This document shows positions 47,964-57,941 of a DNA stretch of 64,000 nt, in pieces. The notes below the pieces were generated by a model, which saw only the letters and a list, made by a program, of their open reading frames with translations, was not told the DNA's origin and did not search any database. The position numbers and the translations under genes were made by a program. How positions within the stretch are numbered: the first letter of the stretch is position 1; each line of letters opens with the position of its first letter. The stretch covers positions 17,567 through 81,566 of the IMG/VR virus record IMGVR_UViG_3300035185_000025, one strand, 5' to 3'. This stretch comes from a virus.

Positions 47964-49874
47964 GTGCCCTCGCCCAAACAACCGCCCTCGCGCGACGACT
48001 TCGTGCGGACGATCGAGGTCACGACTGACGCGTTCTACTTCGATCGGATCTTCGACAACGAGACCGCGCCGGTCAACGAGACCGCCCAGATCTACCGCGG
48101 CAACGCGCGGCACCTCGCCGAGCTGGCGAATGTCATGAGCCGCGGCGCGACCCGGCAGTTTTTCCACGTGCCGCCGGGCTTCGAGCCGGCCGGGCCTGCG
48201 GTGCGCGCCACGATGGTGATGACGCTCGAGCGCACGCAGGACCTCGACGAGCACCTGATCCTCGTCTCCGGAAGGATCACCGCCGAAGGCCCGCGCGGTC
48301 GCGTCTATCGGAGCATGGCCGACGAGGAGTGGTTCGGCGACGACCCGGACGAAGCACCTCGCGCCGTCGAACTCACCTGCGAGCTGATCGGCGAGGCCGG
48401 CAACCTCGACTACCTCGCGGACGCCGACGGCAACCTAACGATCCCCGGCGTAGATCCAACCGAGCCCGACACCGCGATCGTTGATCTCCAGGATCTCAGC
48501 CAGATGCGATCCGGGATCCGAGGCGTGCTCACCGTCGCCGCAGGCGAGGTCTCCACGCTCACCGACGACGGCGCTGCTCCGACCTTCTCGCCGTCCGACG
48601 TCGGTCTCTACCTGCGGATCAACTTCGCCGGAAACGCCAACAACATCGGACGCGTTCTGAGGATCATCGACTACGAGCAGTCGACCGTCGCGGATCCGAT
48701 GTCCACGAACATGTTCCCGCGCACCGTCACGCTCGAGGACGGCGCGGTCCCGCAGCTGATCGGCGCGGCGCAACTCGACGATGGTGGCCTGTTCACCGTG
48801 CTCACGACCGAGGCCAGGAGCGAGACGGCGGACGACGTGCCGCTGCTCCCGGCCGTCCCGGCCGTTGGCGACGCCTTCTACTTCGGCGCCTCCGAGCGCT
48901 TCGACTTCCTCGACGTCGTCGTCACGACCGCGCTCGCGGGCACGCTCGAGCTCACGTGGGAGTACTGGGACGGCGCGACCTGGCAGACGATGCCGGATCT
49001 GATCGACGACACGAACAGCTTCCAGAAGGTCGGGCGACGGAGCGTCTCGTGGTCAACCCCGGGTGCGTGGGCGTCCGTCGTGGTCAACGGGCTCGACTTC
49101 TTCTGGCTGCGGTCGCGCGTGTCGAGCTTCACCTCGCAGGCCCAGCAGCCGCTTGCCGGCCGGTGCATCGTCGGGATCGCAGATCCGCTGCTCCCGGATC
49201 CGCTGGACCCGCAGGGCAACGGGCAGGTGTCGTGGACGATCCTCGACGCGACGGATCTCGGCCTGTCGATCACGGAGATGACGGCGCCGGCCGGCGGTCG
49301 AGACGATGATCTCGGGCTCAAGATCGCGGAGCGAGGCGTGGTCCGCCGCGTCGGCGAGAGCGACGAAGCCTTGCGGATCCGCGCGAGCCGGTTCGCCAAC
49401 GTGGTCAGCCCGACGCTGCTCGAGCGCGAGGTCAACCAGATCCTCCAGCCGTTCGGCTTGGCCGGGCAGATCGTGGATCCAGGCGACGGCTTCCTCGGGT
49501 TGTTCTGGGACACGCCGATCAGCTTCGCGCCCGACCTCGTCGGAGCGTGGGATCTCTACGGGCCCGGCGATCTGTTCCCCACGGATCTGACGATGCTCCC
49601 GCTGAGCGACCTCGAAGCGAAGTGGAACTTCTTCGTGTGCGTGCCTCCGCCGACGCTCGGCGAGTTCGGCACCGCGTGGGACGAAGGGCCGCCGTCTGTC
49701 TACGTGGACACCTACGCCGAGTTCCTCGGGCAGGCGTGGGACTACGCGTTCCTCGACGGCTACCCGTGGCTGAGCGCCGCGCTCTACAAGAGCGTGTACG
49801 AGCGCGTGAAGGCGGCCAAGGGCGGCGGGATCCGCTTCACGCTGATCCAGTGCGACGTGCCGACCTGCCCTTAG
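47964..49874 (+). CDS. Probable baseplate wedge/tail protein
   Basis: RRVGESDEALRIRA, C-terminal KAAKGGGI, beta-rich inserts; TAGCCT-N5-GTG. Confidence 0.6.
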   Translation: MPSPKQPPSRDDFVRTIEVTTDAFYFDRIFDNETAPVNETAQIYRGNARHLAELANVMSRGATRQFFHVPPGFEPAGPAVRATMVMTLERTQDLDEHLILVSGRITAEGPRGRVYRSMADEEWFGDDPDEAPRAVELTCELIGEAGNLDYLADADGNLTIPGVDPTEPDTAIVDLQDLSQMRSGIRGVLTVAAGEVSTLTDDGAAPTFSPSDVGLYLRINFAGNANNIGRVLRIIDYEQSTVADPMSTNMFPRTVTLEDGAVPQLIGAAQLDDGGLFTVLTTEARSETADDVPLLPAVPAVGDAFYFGASERFDFLDVVVTTALAGTLELTWEYWDGATWQTMPDLIDDTNSFQKVGRRSVSWSTPGAWASVVVNGLDFFWLRSRVSSFTSQAQQPLAGRCIVGIADPLLPDPLDPQGNGQVSWTILDATDLGLSITEMTAPAGGRDDDLGLKIAERGVVRRVGESDEALRIRASRFANVVSPTLLEREVNQILQPFGLAGQIVDPGDGFLGLFWDTPISFAPDLVGAWDLYGPGDLFPTDLTMLPLSDLEAKWNFFVCVPPPTLGEFGTAWDEGPPSVYVDTYAEFLGQAWDYAFLDGYPWLSAALYKSVYERVKAAKGGGIRFTLIQCDVPTCP

Positions 49875-50305
49875 CCCGACGATGGGCGCGTGAGCGTTTC
49901 CAGCACAATCAACACCGTATGAAGCGCTGACCTGAGATCCTGAACGTCGTCTATGAGATGGTAGCTGTGTTCCATATCTTGCGATGACGCAAATATGACC
50001 TGTTTGTCGATCGTTTCGCCGTACATTAATTGGACAGCGAGCCGAGCCCTGGCCGCTTCGAACTCTGCCTCGACAAGTTGACGCCTGGAGATAATCTTGG
50101 CTGTGCGAGCGACTTCATTTTTTACGGCGTCGACGATTCCTTCATGAAGATGCTGATGCTTGTTCGATTCAGGATGGCAGTTGATGAGTTCAAACCTCAA
50201 TCCGGACCCGCACCGAAAGCTCCACGCTAGGTCGGATCCTTCCTGTTTGACGACTATCGTGTCACCTAAAATGTCGGTGTGCGCGTGAAACGTTGGCTGT
50301 TGCAT
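49871..50305 (-). CDS. Lower-GC hypothetical protein
   Basis: Variant class B promoter CGGAAGC-N16-AGTAT-N7-ATG. Confidence 0.55.
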   Translation of the reverse strand: MQQPTFHAHTDILGDTIVVKQEGSDLAWSFRCGSGLRFELINCHPESNKHQHLHEGIVDAVKNEVARTAKIISRRQLVEAEFEAARARLAVQLMYGETIDKQVIFASSQDMEHSYHLIDDVQDLRSALHTVLIVLETLTRPSSG

Positions 50306-50342
50306 ACAGTGGATACTCAAATTGTCATTGGTCGCTTCCGAG

Positions 50343-51173
50343 TCAGAACAGAGCGAGCGTCCCGGTCTTGTCCGGACGTGTAGGCGCGCCGAGGTACTCC
50401 AGCGCTTCGAGATATGCGACCTCGTCGACCTCGGCTCCTACAGCGTTGCAGCCTTCGAGATCTGCAGCGCGCATCGTCGTGCCCAGACCGGCAAATGGAT
50501 CCGCGACCACCGGCCGCTCCGGCCAGTCAGGCAAGCGCTTCGATCCGTCGTCGCGCAGCTTCGGGATCGCGTAGTCGCGGACGATCTCCCGCATCACTCC
50601 AAGCGGCTTCCCGCCCATCCTCGGCGATCGAGGATCTCCATGCTTGCGCATGTAGTGCCCCGGGAGCGTCCCCCAGCGCTGCAGCTCGCTCGAGCGCGGA
50701 CGAGCGACCACGAGCCAAGCGTTGTCGATCCACTCCTCCGGCGCCGCGACCACCAACTGGTAGCTGTAGCAGCTCGGCCCGTCGCCACACAGGCGCGCCC
50801 TCGATCCAACGTCGATGATCGGGATCGGCGGGAAGGCCAAGCGCCCGACTCGGGTCAGTTCAACTGCCCAGATCGGCGCGAGGTTGTGGTCGGTGATCGA
50901 TGCGATCCAGCCACGCGTCCGCGGGTGCCAATGCTCCACGAACTCGCGGATGTCGGCCGGTGTCAGGAACCCGTAGTCGATCTCTGGCGAGTAGTTCGGC
51001 CGGTGCCTGTAGCGAGGGTCCTGCGGCTTCGCTCCCGTGCTCCTCAACTCCCGGCCGTCATTGCCATAGCGAGAGTGCGTGTCCTCCCCGAACGGTGCGT
51101 CGAAGATGCAGGCGTCGCACTCGATGTCGGAGGCCACGTCCTGCCACCTGCCGTGGCGGAGATCCGGCATCAC
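50343..51173 (-). CDS. Beta-class N4C/N6A DNA methyltransferase
   Basis: Motif IV DAPF, KPLGVM, motif I DPFAGLGTT. Confidence 0.75.
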   Translation of the reverse strand: MMPDLRHGRWQDVASDIECDACIFDAPFGEDTHSRYGNDGRELRSTGAKPQDPRYRHRPNYSPEIDYGFLTPADIREFVEHWHPRTRGWIASITDHNLAPIWAVELTRVGRLAFPPIPIIDVGSRARLCGDGPSCYSYQLVVAAPEEWIDNAWLVVARPRSSELQRWGTLPGHYMRKHGDPRSPRMGGKPLGVMREIVRDYAIPKLRDDGSKRLPDWPERPVVADPFAGLGTTMRAADLEGCNAVGAEVDEVAYLEALEYLGAPTRPDKTGTLALF

Positions 51174-51682
51174 GCCGCCACGAGCTCGCGGATGCGGATG
51201 CGCGAGCGCGAGGTCCTACCGTCGATCGTGTTCGCCGTCGTCCTCTGCACGGAAGCGATCTCCTGGTGTGTCTGCCCGCTGATCACCCGCCGTGTCGCGT
51301 CGGCCCAAAGCGGAGGCAGCTTGCGGATCGCCGCGTAGAGCTTCGCGCGCTGCTCCGCGAGTTCGCGCCGCTCGTCGATGTCGGCCTCGATCTCGACGAC
51401 GACCGCGCCCTGCCGATCCATGTCGACGGGGTCGACGGAGATCAGCCGGCGGTGGTGCGAGGACGCGCTCGAGCATGCTTGCCGGCGCATGATCGTGGTC
51501 AGCCACGCGTCGAGGTTCGCGCCTTCCTGGAACGTGTGCGCGTAGGTCAGCGCCCGCACGCAGGTGTCTTGGATCAGGTCCTCGGCGTCGGCGGCGGAGC
51601 GTGTGAAGTGGCGCGCGAGACCTCGCAGGTTTTCGAGGCTGGCGTAGACGTCGGTGGCGAAGGTGTTGGCTGGCTCGGACAT
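51170..51682 (-). CDS. ECF-type RNA polymerase sigma factor
   Basis: DAEDLIQDT, AWLTTIMR, AIRKLP, HQEIA...TIDGRTSRSR. Confidence 0.88.
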   Translation of the reverse strand: MSEPANTFATDVYASLENLRGLARHFTRSAADAEDLIQDTCVRALTYAHTFQEGANLDAWLTTIMRRQACSSASSHHRRLISVDPVDMDRQGAVVVEIEADIDERRELAEQRAKLYAAIRKLPPLWADATRRVISGQTHQEIASVQRTTANTIDGRTSRSRIRIRELVAA

Positions 51683-51752
51683 GGCTGGGATCCTACTCTT
51701 GAATGGGCGCGAGATCTCGCGCAACTGTGGGGTTTCGTGATGTTTCTTGGAA

Positions 51753-53873
51753 CTACTTCGTGAGCATGGCTACGCGCTGCTGGACGCGGTCCACGATGTC
51801 CGCGATCTTGCCGACGCGGTTGACCCGGCGGGCCTTGCCGACGCCGCGGCCGTCGCGGACCAGCGCGACCTTGATCGAGTCCTGCCCGACGCCGCGGACC
51901 TGGTCGCCGACGATCGTCGAGTAGACCTTGCAGATGACGCCGGCGCTGTCGCGGGCGTAGACGACCTCTCCGTGTGGCGAGGCGACCGGGCGGAAGCCAA
52001 GGCCACGGAGCCCCGCGTCGAGTCGGCGCGCGAGCGCTACGCGGGCAGCGCGGTCGATCGGGTCGTAGGTATCGGGCGCGTCGTCGGCGACCGGAGGCAG
52101 CGGCGCGGGCCCTGTCGGATCGTCGGAGATCGTGAAGCGTCCGCCGACAGGACCAGCGGAGAGTGCCTGGCTGCAATCTCGGTCGCACCAATGACAGTGC
52201 CCGTCGCTCTCCGGGTAGCAGCGGCCGTCCTCGCTGTACGGGCACGTGCCGCCGTCACCGTCGCCGTCGCCGTCACCGTCACCGTCACTCGTGGACGGCA
52301 CGCCGTCGAGGAACACCAGTTCCTCCTGCGCGCGGGTGTAGGCCACGTATTCGAGGTTCTGCTCCTGCTCGATCATCCACGGCCGCGAGTTCGGCCATGC
52401 GGCACCGAGCCGCTCGGGCTTGGCGATGAAGACCCGCGGCGCCTCCAGGCCCTTGGCGCGGTGCACCGAGCTGAGCACGACCTCCGGATCCCCGTCGGCG
52501 AACAGCCTGTCGATCGCGTCCTTGAGCGCCGCGGCAGACTTCGCGCCGGAACTGCTCAGGATCACGCGGATGCACTCGGCCTGGTCCTCGATCGCTTCGA
52601 TCCGGGCCGCGAGCGCGTCCTCACTGCGCTTGCCGAAGCGCTTGCGCGTCTGGTCCTTCTCGCGGTCCTCCCACGCTTCGAGCGCGAGCCCGAAGCCGTC
52701 GAAGCTGCAGCGCTTCGCGCAGTCGTCGATCACCCGTGCGAGGCCCTTGCCGATGTCGCGCCCGCGGACCGCAGCACTCACGCCCGCGCCGATCAGCTTG
52801 AACGCGAGCGAGAGCAGCGGAGCGTTGAGCCGGCAGAGCACCATGTCGCCGCGCTTCGCGTCGTCGAGGAACGCATCCGTCGTCGAGCTGCGCACGGTGC
52901 CAGCAGCCGCGCCGGCGCGGGCTTCGATCTGCGGGACGATCTCGCGGGCCAGGTCGAGCACCGAAGTCGGGCAGCGGTAGCAGACCGAGAGCGGCAGGAC
53001 GGCGCACTCGAACTCGCTGATGATCGCGCCGAAGCTCGCCGCGTCAGCCCCCGCGAAACCGTAGATCGCCTGCTTAGGATCTCCGACGAACAGCGCCCGG
53101 CCGTCGCGTCGCATCGAGCGGTGGATCAGCTCGCGGTGCGCGGCCGAGATGTCCTGGCACTCGTCGACGAAGATCCAGGCGAAGGTCTGCGGCTGCAGTC
53201 CGAGCACGCACGGAAGCCAGACCATGTCCGTGAAGTCGACCAGCCGCGGGTTGTCGGCGCCCCACCGCATGGCAAGCCTCACAACGTCGACCACAAGCTG
53301 CGTGACCTCGGACTCGAAGTCGACGTTGTGGTGCAGGGCGATGCCGGAGACCGCGTCTGCGAACGCGTCGGCGAACTCGTCGGCGAACTCTGGCGCGATC
53401 AGGCTGAGCCGCGCGAGGTCGATCAGCTTGAGCGTCGCGCTACGGGGGAAGCCGTCGTCGAGCACCGACTTGATCTCCTCGGGCGTGAGCGCGTCTCCGC
53501 GGAGAGTCTGCGCCGCGTCGATCTCCGCGATGCAGTCGTCGACGAAGTCGCGGTACTTGTTCGCGTCTACCTTCACGCGTCCGAAGGCGCGCCGGATAGC
53601 GCCGAAGCCGTGCGAGTGGACGGTGGATGCCGACATGCCGGTGCCCGCAAGACGCTCGCCGAGCATGGTGGCGATCACCTTGTTGAAGGCCAGGAACAGG
53701 CCGCCGCTGACGAGCTTCGCGGCGCTGACGATCGTCAGCGTCTTGCCAGATCCGGCGACGGCCCTGACGACTCCGTTGCCCTCGCCGTTCTCGACGAAGT
53801 CGAAGATCGCGGCCTGGTAGGAGCTTGGTGCGTAGGTGAGCGCGAGGCGCGTCTGCCAGTCGTGGGTGGTCAT
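51753..53873 (-). CDS. SF1 UvrD-like helicase with C-terminal extension
   Basis: AVAGSGKT, VDECQD, VGDPKQAIYGFAGA, HRAKGLE, YVAYTRA. Confidence 0.92.
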   Translation of the reverse strand: MTTHDWQTRLALTYAPSSYQAAIFDFVENGEGNGVVRAVAGSGKTLTIVSAAKLVSGGLFLAFNKVIATMLGERLAGTGMSASTVHSHGFGAIRRAFGRVKVDANKYRDFVDDCIAEIDAAQTLRGDALTPEEIKSVLDDGFPRSATLKLIDLARLSLIAPEFADEFADAFADAVSGIALHHNVDFESEVTQLVVDVVRLAMRWGADNPRLVDFTDMVWLPCVLGLQPQTFAWIFVDECQDISAAHRELIHRSMRRDGRALFVGDPKQAIYGFAGADAASFGAIISEFECAVLPLSVCYRCPTSVLDLAREIVPQIEARAGAAAGTVRSSTTDAFLDDAKRGDMVLCRLNAPLLSLAFKLIGAGVSAAVRGRDIGKGLARVIDDCAKRCSFDGFGLALEAWEDREKDQTRKRFGKRSEDALAARIEAIEDQAECIRVILSSSGAKSAAALKDAIDRLFADGDPEVVLSSVHRAKGLEAPRVFIAKPERLGAAWPNSRPWMIEQEQNLEYVAYTRAQEELVFLDGVPSTSDGDGDGDGDGDGGTCPYSEDGRCYPESDGHCHWCDRDCSQALSAGPVGGRFTISDDPTGPAPLPPVADDAPDTYDPIDRAARVALARRLDAGLRGLGFRPVASPHGEVVYARDSAGVICKVYSTIVGDQVRGVGQDSIKVALVRDGRGVGKARRVNRVGKIADIVDRVQQRVAMLTK

Positions 53874-53882
53874 CGCGGGCAG

Positions 53883-53932
53883 CAACCGGGCGCTCGCGGC
53901 CTTATTCCGCCGATCTGCATCTTTTTTCAGCG
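53883..53932 (-). promoter_or_regulatory. Class C promoter
   Basis: GGAATA-N15-GGTTG-N9-ATG with upstream GAAAAAAGATG. Confidence 0.55.
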
Positions 53933-53989
53933 GACCTCGCGCGAGGCCCGTCCCGGGAAGCGGAGCCCTGTCCTGGCGGTAGGTGCGGC

Positions 53990-54550
53990 ATGAGCGACTC
54001 GAACAACCGCGCCGACGGGCGCGAGCCCCTGCTCCTGACCCCGCGACAGAAGCGCGCACTCCTCGACGTGCTCGAGCAGCAGATCGCGATCGACGAGTCG
54101 CGCATGTTCGCGGCCGGCCCGACCACCGAGGAGCGCGACGAGACCATGCACGGCGTCCGCCACCCGATCCAGGACGGCGACGCGGTCCTCTATCCGATCG
54201 CCTGCCGCCGCAACGTGCTCGCGCAGCGGCGTGGCGAGGAACTCGGTTGGTGCCGGTGGGTGGCCGACGACAGCGGGATCGCTGGCTCTGTCAGCTGCAC
54301 GACCTGCGGCAAGACCGAGGCCCCTGGCATGGCGCGGCAGCCGGAGCTTCGCGCGATGGTCGACGGCACGTGGTCGCCGCGGTCGCGACGAGCCACCGCC
54401 GAGAACGTCGGGCAGCTCGGGCAGCTCGTGTACGGTCCGCCGAAGCACGACCAGGCGGCGATCAAGAAGGGGATGTTCCCGACGCACTCCGACGGAAGCG
54501 TGCTTCGGCCGGATGGCTCGATCCTGCGCAAAGGCGAGGCCACGAAGTGA
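53990..54550 (+). CDS. Hypothetical protein
   Basis: Class B promoter at 53955-53982. Confidence 0.65.
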   Translation: MSDSNNRADGREPLLLTPRQKRALLDVLEQQIAIDESRMFAAGPTTEERDETMHGVRHPIQDGDAVLYPIACRRNVLAQRRGEELGWCRWVADDSGIAGSVSCTTCGKTEAPGMARQPELRAMVDGTWSPRSRRATAENVGQLGQLVYGPPKHDQAAIKKGMFPTHSDGSVLRPDGSILRKGEATK

Positions 54551-55236
54551 GCCGTTCGCCGCTGGATGCGAAGACCGAATCCGTGAGCACCGCGCCAGCG
54601 ATCTTGCGCGACGCGGTCGCTGTCCGATTCGGAGATCGCTACTCCATCGACTTCTGCGATATCCCAGCGTGGATCTATGAATACAGCGTCACGCTGACGA
54701 GCGATCACGGTGAGCGCACCTGCGCCGTGATCGCTCGGAGCAAGGCCGAGGATCCGGAAGCCATTGCGCGTCTCACCGAATACCTCGGGCAGAAACTCTC
54801 CGCCAATGAATCGGCGCAGGCACGGATACCGAGAGCAGGAGGGGTGTCCGTCCGCGAGCATGACCGCCGGGGTGATCCCGAGGATGACTCGGCGAGACTT
54901 GGAGGACCCGACATGAGCACCCTGGAGACCCTCGCACCAGGGGAACTGATCGAGGCCATCAAGCAGGCTGGCGCGCATGTGTACCGCCAGCAGCACGACG
55001 GCTCGCACGAGCAGGACCGGTGGGACGCGATGGTCTGGCGCGAGCGCTACGCGAAGCACGGCCGGTGCAAGTGTGCGAAGTGCGAGTCGGCGTGGAAGCG
55101 CGGGGACCCAAGCGCGTGACCACCCTGGGAACCCTCGAAGCGTGGGCCCGGAGCGAGGGTCGCATCGCGACCGAGCAGACGCAGAAACGCCCGGATCCGC
55201 AACCGCGAACCCGGGCGTCGTAGGCTCGACGTCGGC

Positions 55237-55653
55237 CTAGCTGGCGATCGCCTCGAGCGACTCGAGCCACCCGGTGGGCAGCACGTCCTTGTCGATCTGG
55301 TAGCCGGTGTTCGCCCCGTCGCCGAAGACGAGCGTGGGCACGCCGACGGGCTCGACGGTCGAGTAGGTGACGAGCACCTCGCCGGCACCAGCGGCCCCGG
55401 CGTAGACGATCGTCAGGTTGACCGCTCCGGCCTCGTCGACGACCGCGTGCACGCGGCCAGGCAGATCCTCGACGTGCGTGGCCGAGGAGGCCAGACCGGT
55501 GCGGAGCGCGAGCCCCGGGGACATGCCCTTGAGCACGGAGCCGAGGCCGTAGACGGTGCCATCGGCGGCTTCGAAGCGGAGGCCGGCGACGGCGACGGCG
55601 AACTGCGCCGAGGCGCTGCCGTCGTTGAGGTGTTCTTCACGTGTGCGACTCAT
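55237..55653 (-). CDS. Probable capsid decoration protein
   Basis: Follows the major capsid gene, SD AAAGGA. Confidence 0.5.
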   Translation of the reverse strand: MSRTREEHLNDGSASAQFAVAVAGLRFEAADGTVYGLGSVLKGMSPGLALRTGLASSATHVEDLPGRVHAVVDEAGAVNLTIVYAGAAGAGEVLVTYSTVEPVGVPTLVFGDGANTGYQIDKDVLPTGWLESLEAIAS

Positions 55654-55683
55654 GATCTTGGTCCTTTCTTGGCCTGGCGTGGC

Positions 55684-57069
55684 CTACACGAAGGCGGTCT
55701 CGATGACCCGCGCGCGCTTGTACCGGGCCGCCGTGCGACCGCTGAGGAGGTTGGTGGGGCAGACCCAGTCGGCGGTGATCGACCACGCGAGCTCGACGAG
55801 CTCGTTGTAGACGTCCGACGGCGCCTTGGTGATGAACCGGATCCCGTCGACGGGGATCTCGACGCGACCGTTCTCAAGCATCATTCCGCCGATCCGACCG
55901 GCGACGCCGGCCTCGCTCATGAACGCGGTCTCGTTCGCGTACTTCTCGATCAGCGCGTCTCCTCCGATGACGATCGTCTTCATGATCGGGACGCCGGAGG
56001 CGTTGACCAACTCGCTGCCGACCTCGCCGGAGCCCATCGCCAGGGCGGCGCCGGTCGGGCGGGACTGGACGAAGTGGCTGACGGTTCCCTCGGTCGGGGT
56101 CTCGTTGTTCGAGAAAAACGTCGAGCCGCGAGCGCGGCCGATCGAGTACGAGAGGTAGGGATCGTTGTCGAGTCCGAGCGATTCGATCTGCCGCTGCAAG
56201 CGGTTGTCCTCGAACGCCGAGTTCTCGCCGTCCGGGTCGAAGTGGATGTGGTAGTAGCCGTCGCCGCAGCCTCGGATCGAGTCCTTGCGCAGCGAGGTGA
56301 TCGCCTGGCCGATCAGGCCCATGTCGAGCACATCGCCGGCGTTGATCCCGTCCACGCTCGGGACGTTGTTGGGCCGGATGATGATCGACGCGTCTGCGGT
56401 GTCGAGCCGGTCGTTGGGCGCGAGGCCACCGATCGCGACGTCGAGGGTCAGCGTGCCGGGTCCGTCCGGCCAGGTCGCGTCATCGGGCACGGCAGCGATC
56501 ACGACGCTCGCCGTGGGGACGCCGTTGAACAGCAGCGAGATCGGGTTGACGTTGCTGACCGGGATCGGAGATCCGGTTGCGGGGTCGAACGCCTCGCGGA
56601 AGCCGTTGAGCGACGAGACCCGAACGGTCACGCCGGCCACGGTGTCGACCAGGCAGTGCCCCTGCGAGTAGCGCCGGTAGAGCTCGTTGCGCGGGAGCCG
56701 GTTGAGTGTGCGCGCGGCCTGGAGGCCGAGCGCGTGCATCTTCGCCAGGTACAACGACGTCGCAGTGACGTAGTTGTTCGGCATGTTGACTTGCGTCGGG
56801 TTTCCGTAGGGGCGCAGCGTCGCCCGATAGCGCTCGTAGTCCTGGGTCAGGTAGGGCTTGGTGACGCCCGGCGTGCGAGGAGTCGGATCCGGCGCCATCA
56901 GGCCAGGGACCAGGAAGTCCATGGTCTGGCCTGCGGCCGCCTCCCACAGTTCTCGGTGCGCGGCGGCCCGGAACAGCAGTCCCGGAAACAGCGCCTCACC
57001 GATCTCTCGCGCGACGGTATTGGTCTGGATCAGCTTGGTGACGTTGGCGTTTCCAATGACGATGTTCAT
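55684..57069 (-). CDS. Major capsid protein
   Basis: 461 aa after the scaffold gene; YGNP, LGLQAARTLN, YYHIHFDP; SD AGGAG. Confidence 0.8.
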   Translation of the reverse strand: MNIVIGNANVTKLIQTNTVAREIGEALFPGLLFRAAAHRELWEAAAGQTMDFLVPGLMAPDPTPRTPGVTKPYLTQDYERYRATLRPYGNPTQVNMPNNYVTATSLYLAKMHALGLQAARTLNRLPRNELYRRYSQGHCLVDTVAGVTVRVSSLNGFREAFDPATGSPIPVSNVNPISLLFNGVPTASVVIAAVPDDATWPDGPGTLTLDVAIGGLAPNDRLDTADASIIIRPNNVPSVDGINAGDVLDMGLIGQAITSLRKDSIRGCGDGYYHIHFDPDGENSAFEDNRLQRQIESLGLDNDPYLSYSIGRARGSTFFSNNETPTEGTVSHFVQSRPTGAALAMGSGEVGSELVNASGVPIMKTIVIGGDALIEKYANETAFMSEAGVAGRIGGMMLENGRVEIPVDGIRFITKAPSDVYNELVELAWSITADWVCPTNLLSGRTAARYKRARVIETAFV

Positions 57070-57122
57070 GATCTTCTCCTGGTGTTCCGTGGCTGGCGGT
57101 CGTCAGGAGAGTGGAATTCGGA

Positions 57123-57932
57123 TTAGTGTAGACGCACCTCGGTGACGTGGTCGAGATAGCCGTTGCCGGCTTTCCAGCGTTCGTAGTCGGACTTGGACAG
57201 CTTGAGCGCGTTGAACTCGGCTCCGGCCGAAGGCGCGCGCGCGGTGGACACGGATCCGCGAGCTTGGCCTTGCCCGGCGCTGGTGGAGGTCAACTCGGGC
57301 GCGACGGCAGGCGGCGCGGCGAACAGCGCCGGGTCGGTCTTGTGGAGCTCCGAGACAGCCTCCGCGATCGGGACGCCGGCTGCGATCTTCTCGGCGACGC
57401 GCTCGAAGGCGACGCGGCGAAGGGCCTCGTCGGGCGTTCCGTCAGCGCGGCTCGCCAGGCGCAGACCCGCGTCGCTCAGCGCTTGGGTGACGGCGAGCCG
57501 GCTGTTCGCCTCGGCCGCATTGGCCTCCGCGGCTTTGATCTTCTCGTCGCGCTCGGCGTTGGCGGCCTTCTGCTTTTCGAGCTCGTGCTCGAGCCGCTCC
57601 TGCGCGCCCATCTCGGCGACGCGCTTGGCCTCGGCGGCCTCGTTGCGCATGCGCTCCTCGGCGGCCTGGGTGGCCTCGGCTCGGATCTGCTCCTCGCGCG
57701 CGGCGAGGCGTGCCCGCTCGGCTTCGGCGGCTTCGACCTTCGCGCGCTCGATCGCGGCACGGTAGACCGGGTCGGACTCGACGGGAGGCTGGCTCTCCGC
57801 CGTCTCAGGCTCGAGCTCAAGCTGCTGCGATGCGGCTGGAGTCGGCGCGGCTGCGGCGGGCGCGGGAGCTTGTTCTGGAGCCTGACTCGGCTCGACCTCT
57901 GGCGTGGCTGACGTGTCGGTGTTCTCGGACAT
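57123..57932 (-). CDS. Scaffolding protein
   Basis: Ala/Glu coiled coil, P-LF motif; TAGGAT-N6-ATG. Confidence 0.75.
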   Translation of the reverse strand: MSENTDTSATPEVEPSQAPEQAPAPAAAAPTPAASQQLELEPETAESQPPVESDPVYRAAIERAKVEAAEAERARLAAREEQIRAEATQAAEERMRNEAAEAKRVAEMGAQERLEHELEKQKAANAERDEKIKAAEANAAEANSRLAVTQALSDAGLRLASRADGTPDEALRRVAFERVAEKIAAGVPIAEAVSELHKTDPALFAAPPAVAPELTSTSAGQGQARGSVSTARAPSAGAEFNALKLSKSDYERWKAGNGYLDHVTEVRLH

Positions 57933-57941
57933 GGCCAGATC

